64,000 nucleotides of DNA from an uncultured Bdellovibrionales bacterium (lineage in GTDB: Bacteria > Bdellovibrionota > Bdellovibrionia > Bdellovibrionales > JAMPXM01): the NCBI GenBank assembly GCA_964405465.1, contig CAYONZ010000015.1:3721-67720 (forward strand). Reading direction: 5' to 3'. Positions 36,701-46,195 of the stretch are shown piece by piece. A program made the position numbers and the translations under genes. Position 1 is the stretch's first letter; the number at the start of each line of letters is the position of its first letter. Under the pieces are notes generated by a model. That model saw only the letters and a list, made by a program, of their open reading frames with translations, ran no database searches and was not told the origin of the DNA.

Positions 36701-38141
36701 TTCCCATCCCTTTGAACAAAAAGAACGTGACTAACCCCCCACATACTAGAACCCATACCTCAGCAGTTGCCACCGACAGTCGATAGCTTTCCATCAAACC
36801 TGCCACTTGAAGCGATAATGTTAGTGGCTTCGCAAGTACCATCTTTGACAAGGAAATATCCCCCCAGGCCCAAAAACTTGCAAATGCAGCTATCCCACAG
36901 CAACGACTCCAGGCTTGCGGCAATACAATTCTTGTAAGAATTGTTAGGGGCCCTCCCCCCATCGTGCGCACTAACTGAACCTGTGAATTTATTTGGCCTA
37001 AAAAAGAATCCAAATAAAATCGATAGAGAAACGGAAAAAAAAGTACGCTTAGACCTATAATTAGACTGAATTTGCCAGTTAGATTGAAGCTGATCATTGC
37101 AAAGCCAACTACAACCATACTAGGTGCCAAGTGCCCTAAAAGAACTTTTCGAACTGCTCCGGTTGGGAATACGTAAAGTATCAATATGCAAAGCCCCAAG
37201 GAGGCTAGTCCAACTCCCATTCCTATAAAAATCGATCCAATGAGTCCATCGAGGATTCCGTCGAGTATGGCTGGGTTGCTCAAAATTAATTGAACTCCGT
37301 CCCCAAAACCAACGCTTAGGCCAACGAATAGACAACTCACTGGCAGAAGTACCGGAACCAAACCAAGTGGACTTGAAAGAAGACTCAGACCCATGCCTTT
37401 GGGACGTCCCTCTATCTGAAAATGAACACGTCTTTGCGTAAGCATCAAAGAAAGTCCAAGAACCAATACGCTCTGTATGAAAGAATACGACGCAGCCAGC
37501 CCCCAATTTTGGTCCACCCGAAGTTTTTCATAAATCAATACTTCAAGCGTTGTCGCCCCCCTTCCCCCGAGAATCAAAGGGATTGAGAAGCTAGTCAAAC
37601 ATATCGCAAATATCGACAATCCAATTATCCTCACGTCCTTCTCAATGTTGCCATACACAACCCTTCGAAAAAACGTCCACTTCCCTGCTCCCATCACCTC
37701 AGCCACTGCGGAATACCTAGCAACTACCGAAACTAGCAAATCCTCCAGGGCAACAGCCACTATTCCGACGTTTATCAGAGAATGGACAACCACTATGGAT
37801 GCCAGCGGAGCAATATTTCTTGGTGCCAAATTCAAATAGGCCAAAATCAATAGAAGCGATGGAAAAACATTAGGAACTATCGACAGAAATCGAGCTGCTG
37901 ATACCAAACCAGACGAGTAATGTCGACTCAGATAAATCAACCCATAAGCACCCAATAAACCGAAAGTCATCGTAACGAATGCGCTTAAAAACGATTGGGC
38001 CAACGTAAAACCCAACGCTCTCCAAAAATCCTGGCCAACTAAAAAACTGCTTACATCGAAGTGAAGGCCTAAAACTAAATAAGGAAAAATCAGAAATGTG
38101 AGGAGTATCAGCAGAATAAATACTCGAAAGGGATCCCTCAT
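36678..38141 (-). CDS. thiP: thiamine-type ABC transporter permease (duplicated domain)
   Basis: 487-aa two-module permease between the ThiB-like binding protein and the ATPase. Confidence 0.7.
   Translation of the reverse strand: MRDPFRVFILLILLTFLIFPYLVLGLHFDVSSFLVGQDFWRALGFTLAQSFLSAFVTMTFGLLGAYGLIYLSRHYSSGLVSAARFLSIVPNVFPSLLLILAYLNLAPRNIAPLASIVVVHSLINVGIVAVALEDLLVSVVARYSAVAEVMGAGKWTFFRRVVYGNIEKDVRIIGLSIFAICLTSFSIPLILGGRGATTLEVLIYEKLRVDQNWGLAASYSFIQSVLVLGLSLMLTQRRVHFQIEGRPKGMGLSLLSSPLGLVPVLLPVSCLFVGLSVGFGDGVQLILSNPAILDGILDGLIGSIFIGMGVGLASLGLCILILYVFPTGAVRKVLLGHLAPSMVVVGFAMISFNLTGKFSLIIGLSVLFFPFLYRFYLDSFLGQINSQVQLVRTMGGGPLTILTRIVLPQAWSRCCGIAAFASFWAWGDISLSKMVLAKPLTLSLQVAGLMESYRLSVATAEVWVLVCGGLVTFFLFKGMGNVGYKKP
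37295..37304 (-). repeat. GGGGACGGAG motif copy (exact)
   Basis: In thiP (F-G-D-G-V-Q). Confidence 0.9.
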
Positions 38142-38168
38142 CGTTTTAACTCTAGTTGGAATTTTTGC

Positions 38169-39182
38169 TCAAAACCCATCAATCCGTTTCCATATCTCCA
38201 ACATCTCATGTTTTCGATCGCCCAACCTAAGGTTAATTGAACCTTCAATTAATTTGAGCTCTGGAATTTTGTCGAACTCCGTCCCCTTTTTAACAGAATC
38301 TACAACAGGCAGCATATAGTTCTTCTTCATGATTATAGACTGAGACTCTGGTTCTAGTAGGAAACTCAAAAACAACAGTGCAGCTTCTTTCTGTAAACTG
38401 CCCGCAGGAACCCCCGCAAACTCAACCTGAATTGGATGGCCCTCTTTGAATACTGAAGCCCGATACTCGGACTTCCCTTCCTCAATCAAATGATACAACG
38501 GTGAGGTTAAATACGACATCACCAATTTTGCATGCCCAGATTGAAATAAGCCGTAGGCCTGGGACCAAGAACTCGAAATGCTTTGAATATTTGGAGCCAA
38601 TTGGGTTAAAAAACCACGAGCTCCGTCCCCCTTTTCACCCATTGGAAAGCCTTTTTGAGCAAAAACCCAGAAGAGAAACTGTTGTCCCGGTGAACTAATC
38701 CTGGGGTCCTGCAAAGCAATCTGACCCCTAAATCGAGAACTCAATAAATCATCCATCGACTCCGGTGGAACAATTTCTTTATCCCGATAAATAAAAGCCA
38801 TCGGAGCCCAATCAAATGCGTAAAACTCATCACGGGCAAATCGTGCAGTTGTTCCCTGAAGCCTCTCCCACTTAAACTGTTTCGCGGCTTCTTCCACCGA
38901 AAACTGATCCAAACCCACCACCACATCAGCTTTCCGAATCTTTAGCCTTTCCAAGAGCAGTGCTCCGTCCCCACCATCCTGAAAACTAACGGCGATTTGG
39001 TATTTCTCCTCAAATCGCTTTGCCAACTCCGGACCCGGCCCCCATGAATTCATAAATGACCCATAGGTCAGGACCTCGATCGATTTCCCCACAGAGCTCC
39101 GTCCCCGTGCCATGTTCCAATAGATCGCAATGCCCACCAAAATCGACACCATTGTAACCAACAGAATTACAACCCTCTTCAT
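38169..39182 (-). CDS. thiB: thiamine ABC transporter substrate-binding protein
   Basis: VLTYGSFMNSWGPGP, QDPRISSPG, SWSQAYGLF and SYLTSPLYHLIEE match ThiB/TbpA as I recall it. Confidence 0.8.
   Translation of the reverse strand: MKRVVILLVTMVSILVGIAIYWNMARGRSSVGKSIEVLTYGSFMNSWGPGPELAKRFEEKYQIAVSFQDGGDGALLLERLKIRKADVVVGLDQFSVEEAAKQFKWERLQGTTARFARDEFYAFDWAPMAFIYRDKEIVPPESMDDLLSSRFRGQIALQDPRISSPGQQFLFWVFAQKGFPMGEKGDGARGFLTQLAPNIQSISSSWSQAYGLFQSGHAKLVMSYLTSPLYHLIEEGKSEYRASVFKEGHPIQVEFAGVPAGSLQKEAALLFLSFLLEPESQSIIMKKNYMLPVVDSVKKGTEFDKIPELKLIEGSINLRLGDRKHEMLEIWKRIDGF
38277..38286 (-). repeat. GGGGACGGAG motif copy (exact)
   Basis: In thiB (K-G-T-E-F). Confidence 0.9.
38621..38630 (-). repeat. GGGGACGGAG motif copy (exact)
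   Basis: In thiB (K-G-D-G-A). Part of the 13-mer GAGCTCCGTCCCC. Confidence 0.9.
38963..38972 (-). repeat. GGGGACGGAG motif copy (exact)
   Basis: In thiB (G-G-D-G-A-L). Confidence 0.9.
39097..39106 (-). repeat. GGGGACGGAG motif copy (exact)
   Basis: In thiB (R-G-R-S-S). Part of the 13-mer GAGCTCCGTCCCC. Confidence 0.9.
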
Positions 39183-39186
39183 TCAA

Positions 39187-39666
39187 CTACCACCAAATGC
39201 CTCGATGGCGTTTATAAAAGTAATAATCTAGCCCAAGACACCGACCTGCCCCCATCCATCCCAAAGTAAGGTGGACCATCAAAACAAAAGTTGTTTGTAA
39301 ATCCGTTGTAGTCTGAACCATCAATAACAAAACACACGCCAGCATTCCCAACATCGCAAACGGACGCACCAAATACCCAAGAATATACGCCAAGCCCATG
39401 ACGATTTGAAAAATCACAAAGATATGTGCAAATACCTGCCAGTTCGGTATCACAACATTCTCCAAGAAAAATCGCATAGCTTCGGGGACAGCCGATTGCG
39501 GTAAAAAATTTCTAATATCCTCTGCTAAATAGGCATGCTCCAAATATCCACTTTTAAGATGCGAAATACCCAAGTTAAAATAATAGTAGCCTAAAAAAAT
39601 ACGCAGAAATGAAATCGGTAAAAAATGCCCAACGTATTTGATGCTCTCAACGAATGCAATAATCAT
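39187..39666 (-). CDS. small integral membrane protein (DoxX-like, tentative)
   Basis: Four hydrophobic helices. AAGGAGA lies about 10 nt before the ATG at 39666. The family call is a guess. Confidence 0.4.
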   Translation of the reverse strand: MIIAFVESIKYVGHFLPISFLRIFLGYYYFNLGISHLKSGYLEHAYLAEDIRNFLPQSAVPEAMRFFLENVVIPNWQVFAHIFVIFQIVMGLAYILGYLVRPFAMLGMLACVLLLMVQTTTDLQTTFVLMVHLTLGWMGAGRCLGLDYYFYKRHRGIWW

Positions 39667-39709
39667 AAAACTCATTCTCCTTGAGGGAACTACCCTGGTC
39701 AACTCTGCC

Positions 39710-40447
39710 TCAGAGTTTTTTCATACACAATTCATTTAGAAAACAAGAGCCACACTGAGGGCTTCGTGCCTTACATACCTTTCTTCCATGCCAGATCAAT
39801 TGATGGGAAAACGCAATCCACTTTTCCTGCGGCAACAACTCCATGATTTCCCTTTCGATTTTTACTGGATCATCTTCCTTAGTGAGTCCCATCCTCTGAC
39901 ACAGTCTCCTGACATGAGTATCCACCACTACTCCAGAGGGAATTCCAAATGCCACACCTAAAACTACATTCGCTGTCTTTCTACCCACACCGGCCAACTC
40001 AACCAGCTTGTCTAAACTTTTGGGAATCTCACCGTCATATTTCTCAACCAAAGTCTGGCAGCATCGCTGAATATTTTTAGCCTTGTTCTTATAAAAACCA
40101 GTCGATCGAATAATTTCTTCCAGATTTTTTAACGGAGCCCTGCTCAATGAAAATGCATCCGGGTACTCCTCAAACAAAATTGGAGTCACCATATTAACAC
40201 GCTCATCCGTACACTGCGCCGACAAAATTGTCGCCACCAAAAGCTCCAGCGTACTCCTGTGGTTTAATGCACACTCCGCTTCCGGATAATATTTTTCTAA
40301 CAAGGCCACAGCTTTCGCGATCCGATTCGTCTTTTCTCCTACAGATTCACCTCTAGAAAATGAGGTCGCTCGCTCACCCGGCTTAGTGCTCTTGCCCGAC
40401 AGCTTGTGGTTCTTTTTTGAATTCTGAAGTTTTCTCTTTTTCTTCAT
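39710..40447 (-). CDS. nth: endonuclease III with a basic N-terminal extension
   Basis: HhH (LVELAGVGRKTANVVL) and the 4Fe-4S cluster loop CKARSPQCGSCFLNELC. Confidence 0.9.
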   Translation of the reverse strand: MKKKRKLQNSKKNHKLSGKSTKPGERATSFSRGESVGEKTNRIAKAVALLEKYYPEAECALNHRSTLELLVATILSAQCTDERVNMVTPILFEEYPDAFSLSRAPLKNLEEIIRSTGFYKNKAKNIQRCCQTLVEKYDGEIPKSLDKLVELAGVGRKTANVVLGVAFGIPSGVVVDTHVRRLCQRMGLTKEDDPVKIEREIMELLPQEKWIAFSHQLIWHGRKVCKARSPQCGSCFLNELCMKKL

Positions 40448-40606
40448 TTTGATGTTGTTCCCCTTGAGATTTCACACTGTCCCTAAGTGTTAGGACTAAA
40501 GTCAAGTCATCCAGACTCGCACTGGGTCTGGATTTAAAGAGACCATACATTTTTATCTCATTTCCTGCTCAGTATTTTCGTACACTAATCTTATAAGGAG
40601 GGCCCC

Positions 40607-41695
40607 ATGGAAGGACCACGTCCACCACAGGATCACGAAATTAATGGTGTATTTTCGTTTCTCAATACGCACCTCCGTCCCCAAGAAAAATGGTCGATCA
40701 CGGCAGAATATCCGATCGCTTTTGCTTCGGGAAACTATGGCAACATGAGGATAATTAAAGAAAACAACGAGGTTCTCTCACACGCTGTAATGCGCCCCTT
40801 GATCGTAAAGTCCACCTGCGGCCTCTTTAAAGTTGGAGCGATCGGAAGTGTCGTCACCTCAACAGACCATCGCAACCAAGGTCTCAGTCGCCAAATTCTT
40901 GAGAGCTGTGTTTCCGCTGCGCGAGATCACGGTTGTGATATCGCAATCCTTTGGACCAACCTCTACGATTTCTATCGAAAGCTCGGTTTTGAACTCGCGG
41001 GTTCAGAGGTAAGTCTTGTAATTGATCGAGAGCTCAAGCTCGAAACCAATTACAAAATCGTTGAGGGAACCAAAGTTGATCCCGAAGCAATTCACAAGCT
41101 TTTTCTAAGTCACACAGTCTGTTCACTTCGAAATCTCGATGAAACTCGGCGCTACATGCAAATTCCCAATACACGGATGTACACGGCATGGGATGCTAAT
41201 GGATCCATCAAAGCTTTTGCCGTAGAGGGAAAGGGCGCTGATCTCGACGGTTACATTCATGAGTGGGCAGGATCAGTGAGCGCCCTCATGTCCCTGTTTG
41301 ACCATATTCGAAAAGCTCAGAAACGAAATATTACGGTCATTTCCCCTAGGCACTCGATCAATTTAATTCAGCAGCTAAAAGCACAGGGGATTCGCTCACA
41401 CGAGGGATTTTTGGGAATGGTAAAGATTCTCAACCACAATAATCTCTTCAGCAAACTGAAGAGATATGCCCGAGCTATGGGTGTCGGCGAGCTGGTCCTC
41501 GAAAAACAAGGCGACTACTATTACTTTGGGTCCGAAGACAATATTTTCAAAACAGACTCAGATGTGGATCTCATTCGGTTGATTTTCGGTCCCCAACGCC
41601 CTTCAGAGATTCACAAATTCGATCCTTCAACAACAAAGATGTTTGAGCAGATTTTTCCGATCGATATGTGGATTTGGGGTTGGGACTCAATATGA
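40607..41695 (+). CDS. GNAT acetyltransferase with an Eis-like C-terminal domain (tentative)
   Basis: GNAT core (HRNQGLSRQILESCV..YRKLGFE) plus a roughly 200-aa C-terminal extension. Confidence 0.55.
   Translation: MEGPRPPQDHEINGVFSFLNTHLRPQEKWSITAEYPIAFASGNYGNMRIIKENNEVLSHAVMRPLIVKSTCGLFKVGAIGSVVTSTDHRNQGLSRQILESCVSAARDHGCDIAILWTNLYDFYRKLGFELAGSEVSLVIDRELKLETNYKIVEGTKVDPEAIHKLFLSHTVCSLRNLDETRRYMQIPNTRMYTAWDANGSIKAFAVEGKGADLDGYIHEWAGSVSALMSLFDHIRKAQKRNITVISPRHSINLIQQLKAQGIRSHEGFLGMVKILNHNNLFSKLKRYARAMGVGELVLEKQGDYYYFGSEDNIFKTDSDVDLIRLIFGPQRPSEIHKFDPSTTKMFEQIFPIDMWIWGWDSI
40673..40682 (-). repeat. GGGGACGGAG motif copy (exact)
   Basis: CTCCGTCCCC on the sense strand of the GNAT gene (H-L-R-P-Q). 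Confidence 0.9.
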
Positions 41696-42609
41696 AGAGT
41701 GAATCCTCCGCAAACTTCCGACCTGGTAAAACCATCTCTAGGCAAACCAATCTGACTCGAGCTCCGTCCCCTGCAAAAATGGTCGGAGAGATGGTCGAAT
41801 GGGTCGGACTGCGGATAACTCTATTGTCAGCACTTCTGCTCTGTGCGTGCGTAAAACACGAACAACCCAAACAAGACTTTGGACCAGAATCTGACCCGCA
41901 GGAAATCCTCAACACAATCAAAAAAGTTAGATCTTCAAGCAATCCATTTTCGATGAAAGTCGGCGAATTTGTCCACCTTGAGGAGAACCAGACCGTGGCC
42001 AACACTGTTCACTCCATCACTGCCGACACCGGAATTACTGTGACCAATCGTGAAGAAAACGATGTCGCCGTCCGATATTCGTTCACCCAACGGCGATTCA
42101 CATACTATGAGCAAAAGCCCCGAGAGGTCGCTACAGAACTTCCTCCCCTTGTCCTAAAAAAGCCGCAGAAGTCTTCCTCCAGTATCGCAGACATGATTTT
42201 CTCTTTTGGTATTTCAGTAACTCCGTCCCCGAACCCCTTGGCTCCGTCCCCTTTGTCGGGACCCCAGACCCACCTCACTATGAGCGCGTCCGAGCCCTCT
42301 CAAGTAACCTTTCACAATTTTAAATTTTCTGAACAAACCGAACCAGCCCCTGACCTGGTCGCCCAACGCCCAGACTGCCTCAATATCGAAGGTTGTAAGT
42401 ACAAGGTCTCGCGCATTTCATTCGATGAAGTCGCTTGGATCAACAACCAACCCGAACTCACACAATACTCCTATGCATTCAGCGACCGCGTTCCCTACAT
42501 CGCCAGTCAACTCGAAAACTGTGCCACTCGCATGGTCGAACTCTCCAGTGGCAGCAAAGCTCCCGTTAAGTTCTGTAGTGTTGTTCGAGACTTCAAGTCA
42601 GGCAACTGA
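41692..42609 (+). CDS. putative lipoprotein
   Basis: ATGA start/stop overlap with the upstream gene. Lipobox-like LLSALLLCAC. No family recognised. Confidence 0.5.
   Translation: MKSESSANFRPGKTISRQTNLTRAPSPAKMVGEMVEWVGLRITLLSALLLCACVKHEQPKQDFGPESDPQEILNTIKKVRSSSNPFSMKVGEFVHLEENQTVANTVHSITADTGITVTNREENDVAVRYSFTQRRFTYYEQKPREVATELPPLVLKKPQKSSSSIADMIFSFGISVTPSPNPLAPSPLSGPQTHLTMSASEPSQVTFHNFKFSEQTEPAPDLVAQRPDCLNIEGCKYKVSRISFDEVAWINNQPELTQYSYAFSDRVPYIASQLENCATRMVELSSGSKAPVKFCSVVRDFKSGN
41762..41771 (-). repeat. GGGGACGGAG motif copy (exact)
   Basis: C-rich strand in the sense of the lipoprotein gene (A-P-S-P). Part of the 13-mer GAGCTCCGTCCCC. Confidence 0.9.
42221..42230 (-). repeat. GGGGACGGAG motif copy (exact)
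   Basis: In the lipoprotein gene (T-P-S-P). Direct repeat with the copy 21 bp downstream. Confidence 0.9.
42242..42251 (-). repeat. GGGGACGGAG motif copy (exact)
   Basis: In the lipoprotein gene (A-P-S-P). Confidence 0.9.
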
Positions 42610-42692
42610 TCCATTCCCACTTGCCATCTGAATTCTATCGAGTCACAATTCTTAAAGTCGAAGTGTTTTGGCACAATTTATGAGGAGGGAAA

Positions 42693-43343
42693 ATGCGAAG
42701 AGTTGCAGTCATATTGTCAGGCTGTGGCTTTCGAGATGGGGCCGAAATAACCGAATCCATTAGTACCCTTATTTGTTTATCCGAACTCAAAGCCGAGGTG
42801 GAGTGTTTCGCACCCAAACTCGATTTTTCTCCCACTAATCATCTGAATAGTAGCCAAAGTTCCGAGGTCCGAAATACTTTGTTTGAAGCAGCGAGAATTT
42901 CTCGCGGCCACATATCAGATCTCGACACGCTTGATGAAAAAAAATTTGATGCCATTGTTCTCCCCGGAGGATTTGGAGTTGCTCAACATCTGAGTGATTT
43001 CGCAAAAAATGGCGCCAAGGCGAAGGTACTACCCTCCCTTGAATCAAGACTTCGCGCATTTCACAAAAACTCTAAGCCAATTGGCGGAATCTGTATCGCA
43101 CCCGCCGTGATCGCTCTTACTCTAGCCCAATACAGGGTCACAGTGACAATTGGAAATGATCCAGAGACAATAAAAGAAATTGAAAAAACCGGGGCCCAAC
43201 ATGTTGTTTGCTCTGCAACAGATTACATTAGTGATCGTGACAACAAAGTTCTTACAACCCCGGCATACATGTTTGATGCAAAACCACACGAAGTTTTCAC
43301 TGGAGTGCGAGCCATGTTGCGTGAACTGGTGGAAATGGCGTAA
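42693..43343 (+). CDS. elbB: ElbB-type DJ-1/PfpI family protein
   Basis: VAVILSGCGFRDGAEITE start and ICIAP nucleophile-elbow context. Confidence 0.75.
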   Translation: MRRVAVILSGCGFRDGAEITESISTLICLSELKAEVECFAPKLDFSPTNHLNSSQSSEVRNTLFEAARISRGHISDLDTLDEKKFDAIVLPGGFGVAQHLSDFAKNGAKAKVLPSLESRLRAFHKNSKPIGGICIAPAVIALTLAQYRVTVTIGNDPETIKEIEKTGAQHVVCSATDYISDRDNKVLTTPAYMFDAKPHEVFTGVRAMLRELVEMA

Positions 43344-43359
43344 TAACTAAGGATTGTTT

Positions 43360-44445
43360 ATGAATAAAAAAAATCTAGTTCTTCTTTTTGGCGGCCGCTC
43401 CTCCGAGCACAACGTTTCACTTGAGTCCGCAAAAAACGTGGCAAGTGCCATAGATCCCCAACAGTTTCAACTCCATTTAATTGGCATTGATCGCAACGGC
43501 ATTTGGCACGCAGTCGACGCCGAGTTGCTCCAAAAAACCGACGTCGCAAAACCCATTCAGCTTGAGAACAGTGGTCCCCAGGTGTTTATTGTTCCCTCTC
43601 CTAGTGGTGCGAAAATTATTCGACTCGACAATGGGGAATCTATTGGACAGGCCGATGTCGTTTTTCCTGTAATGCATGGAACGCTCGGTGAAGATGGCGC
43701 CATTCAGGGATTTCTCCGTATGCTAGATCTTCCATTTGTCGGATGTGGAATTTTGGCATCGTCAGTTGGGATGGACAAGGACTTCACCAAACGAATTCTT
43801 CGCGATGCCGGAATTCCCGTTGCTGACTTTGTAACATTACAAAAAGACACGGCCAGCTCGTCAGATTTTGCTCGGCTTACCACTCGCCTTGGTCTTCCAT
43901 TTTTCTTAAAACCAGCCAACCAGGGGTCATCTGTAGGCGTTCATAAAGTAGCAGATGCCAACAAATTTGCGAGTGCCCTTCAAGACGCTTTCAAATATGA
44001 CACCAAACTTATGGTTGAAAAGTTTGTTAAAGGTAGAGAAATTGAATGCTCAGTTCTCGGAAACCGCCTACCAAAAGTATCGGCTCCGGGAGAAGTGATG
44101 CCGCAACACGATTTTTATTCCTACGAAGCCAAATACCTCGACGAAAACGGCGCGCTCCTGAAAATCCCTGCCGACCTTTCTGAGGCTCTCACAAAAAAAG
44201 TTCAAGCCCTCGCCTTAAGAACATACGAAGTTCTGGGTTGCGAAGGACTTGCAAGGGTTGATTTCTTTTTGACCGAAAATGGCGAAGTTTATGTAAATGA
44301 AATTAACACTATTCCGGGATTCACAAAAATCAGTATGTATCCAAAAATGTGGAGTCAGTCCGGATTGAACTACACAGAACTGATCAATAAGTTGATCTCT
44401 CTTGCAATTGAGCGCACCGTAGAAGATCGCACTCTGGTTCGCTAA
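43360..44445 (+). CDS. ddl: D-alanine--D-alanine ligase
   Basis: LLFGGRSSEHNVSL, KPANQGSSVGV and EINTIPGFT. Confidence 0.9.
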   Translation: MNKKNLVLLFGGRSSEHNVSLESAKNVASAIDPQQFQLHLIGIDRNGIWHAVDAELLQKTDVAKPIQLENSGPQVFIVPSPSGAKIIRLDNGESIGQADVVFPVMHGTLGEDGAIQGFLRMLDLPFVGCGILASSVGMDKDFTKRILRDAGIPVADFVTLQKDTASSSDFARLTTRLGLPFFLKPANQGSSVGVHKVADANKFASALQDAFKYDTKLMVEKFVKGREIECSVLGNRLPKVSAPGEVMPQHDFYSYEAKYLDENGALLKIPADLSEALTKKVQALALRTYEVLGCEGLARVDFFLTENGEVYVNEINTIPGFTKISMYPKMWSQSGLNYTELINKLISLAIERTVEDRTLVR

Positions 44446-44459
44446 ACTGAATGGTTTTA

Positions 44460-45359
44460 TCACTTTTTGCGACTTTGCAAAATAGCTTGATGCTCCTGGC
44501 TCCACCAGTGTTTTTCAAATAGTTTGGCTTCATTGGTGTTGGTCATTTTTTTAATGGAGCCGATAGGCTGCTGTGGGCCCTTTGTCGCAAAATCAAGCCA
44601 TTGTCGTGCCCGCTTTTCTGCAAAACTTTTATTGAAAGCCAATTCGTCGACAAGACCCATGGATTGTGCCTCATATGCATTTATTTGATCGGTTGATACC
44701 GCAAGTAATCGAAATGCAGATTTGGAGATTCGATTTTGTAACCGCTCTCCTCCACCCCAACCTGTCGTAAGCCCGTTCTTTCGCTGCCACAACCCAAAAT
44801 ACACGTGTGGAGTGGCCACTACAAAGTCAAAGCAACTCAATAGCTCCAGCCCACCACCCCAGCAATCACCATCGACCACAACAGCTGTTGGAAATTGTAT
44901 TAAATAAATATAATTTAGTATTCGCTGTATCTCACTATTTACTTGTCTGCCTTCGAGTGCGGTTTTCATTCGTGCATAGTTCTTGAGATTCCCGCCCGAA
45001 CAAAAAATTCGATAATTGCTTTTGAATAAAAGCGCCCGACAAGAAGACTGGTTTTCTCGAATGATCTTCTCGAGGAGCTGCGCCGTCTCCAGACTAAAGC
45101 TATTACCATTTGTATGATCCCGAAATGTGATCTCAAGTACCCCATTTCGCAATTCTGAGTTCAGCGAAGGTACTTGACCATCTTGGTTTTCAATCAGAAG
45201 CGAGCTCTGGGAATCAATCCCGACGGTCGAATTTCTATGCAAAGGATTGGTACGCTCGCTATTTTGACTTTTCATTTTTTTCGTTTGCTCAATTCGCTTT
45301 TTTAGCGGCGTTTTCTTTACGACTTTCTTATGCGGCACCGTGGTCTCCACGCTTTGCAC
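44460..45359 (-). CDS. enoyl-CoA hydratase/isomerase (crotonase) family protein
   Basis: FCSGGNLKNY oxyanion-hole segment, with an N-terminal ~70-aa low-complexity extension. The start may be at 45275. Confidence 0.6.
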   Translation of the reverse strand: MQSVETTVPHKKVVKKTPLKKRIEQTKKMKSQNSERTNPLHRNSTVGIDSQSSLLIENQDGQVPSLNSELRNGVLEITFRDHTNGNSFSLETAQLLEKIIRENQSSCRALLFKSNYRIFCSGGNLKNYARMKTALEGRQVNSEIQRILNYIYLIQFPTAVVVDGDCWGGGLELLSCFDFVVATPHVYFGLWQRKNGLTTGWGGGERLQNRISKSAFRLLAVSTDQINAYEAQSMGLVDELAFNKSFAEKRARQWLDFATKGPQQPIGSIKKMTNTNEAKLFEKHWWSQEHQAILQSRKK

Positions 45360-46029
45360 GTGTCATATGAATCTTTCCGACAAACTCCACCCCAACACCG
45401 GTTTCTCCCGGCTGCATTTCCGGAGAAATCCAAACTGCCTTACAAGGCATAACATAGGTTTTATTGACGTCGTCAAGTGTAACGGTCACAGTCATCTGGT
45501 CTCCGATTTTTACTTCGACCACTTCTGGAATCAAAACGAAGGCCCCCCCCTTGGAGAGATTCAGCATTGTTGAATGGGTAAGCCCTGACTTTCCAGAAAA
45601 CGAAACCTTTGCCTCTTGTTCGGTAGCAAATCTTTTGTGAATTCGTTTTGCAATCTTGTCTTCAAACAATACCTTGCGCATCAATCCTATCAGATCCCGA
45701 ATCTGATAGGGCTTTTCTAAAAAAAAGACGTTTTCTAGGGACCGTAGAATTGTTCTCGCCTCTAGCGAGTCCGCTTTGGACAATACCAAAATCGGACCGC
45801 GGTAGCCTATCTTACGCGTCTCAACAATTGCCTGGTGAAAGACTTCGTTGAAAATGTTGGAGTTCAAAACCACGATACTCACATCTTTATCCACAGATTG
45901 GGGCAATAGCTGGGGACGGACCCCCACAAAAGCCAAAGCTTCTCCACCTCGCATGAGGGGCTCAACTTTTCTCTTTAAAAGGTGATTCTCTTCTTCGGTT
46001 TGACTTACCAAAAAAATCTTTGTCATCAC
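45328..46029 (-). CDS. receiver-like domain / PilZ domain protein
   Basis: C-terminal KRIHKRF and NLSKGGAF resemble the PilZ RxxxR and DxSxxG motifs. The N-terminal half has a CheY-like pattern. Confidence 0.55.
   Translation of the reverse strand: MMTKIFLVSQTEEENHLLKRKVEPLMRGGEALAFVGVRPQLLPQSVDKDVSIVVLNSNIFNEVFHQAIVETRKIGYRGPILVLSKADSLEARTILRSLENVFFLEKPYQIRDLIGLMRKVLFEDKIAKRIHKRFATEQEAKVSFSGKSGLTHSTMLNLSKGGAFVLIPEVVEVKIGDQMTVTVTLDDVNKTYVMPCKAVWISPEMQPGETGVGVEFVGKIHMTRAKRGDHGAA
45912..45921 (+). repeat. GGGGACGGAG motif, 9/10 copy
   Basis: GGGGACGGAc. In the REC/PilZ gene (sense strand V-R-P-Q). Confidence 0.6.
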
Positions 46030-46092
46030 TGTCTTATCGGCCTATCCGGGCCTCACTAAACAAGACAATCGCCCCACTTGGACCATAGCCCT

Positions 46093-46127
46093 GATTGTCC
46101 GAGCTATGACAAACCTCTCGGACAATC
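46093..46127. repeat. perfect 11-bp inverted repeat GATTGTCCGAG-N13-CTCGGACAATC
   Basis: Read directly in the 415-bp intergenic region upstream of nadE. Confidence 0.85.
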
Positions 46128-46171
46128 AATTTCACTCCGGCGAAATCCTCCCCCTTAACTCAAACTGGGAC

Positions 46172-46195
46172 CTCCAAATTTGGAGCTCCGTCCCC
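46172..46195. repeat. 14-bp palindrome CTCCAAATTTGGAG abutting an exact motif copy (CTCCGTCCCC at 46186-46195)
   Basis: Read directly. Intergenic. Confidence 0.9.

Noticed and set aside
36375-39106. Could the repeated 10-mer copies be a CRISPR array or another tandem array?
   Set aside because: The repeat is only 10 nt. Spacings are irregular (134 to 982 bp), the intervening sequence is conserved thiBPQ coding sequence, and no cas genes are present.
39183-39709. A TPP riboswitch upstream of thiB.
   Set aside because: thiB starts 4 nt after the preceding membrane-protein gene, and that gene follows nth by 7 nt. No untranslated leader is available.
40448-40606. A chromosomal replication origin at the point where gene orientation and motif strand switch.
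   Set aside because: I find no DnaA-box clusters (TTATCCACA-like) in this or the 46.0-46.4 kb intergenic region, and no dnaA, dnaN or parAB nearby. It is kept only as a weak polarity observation.
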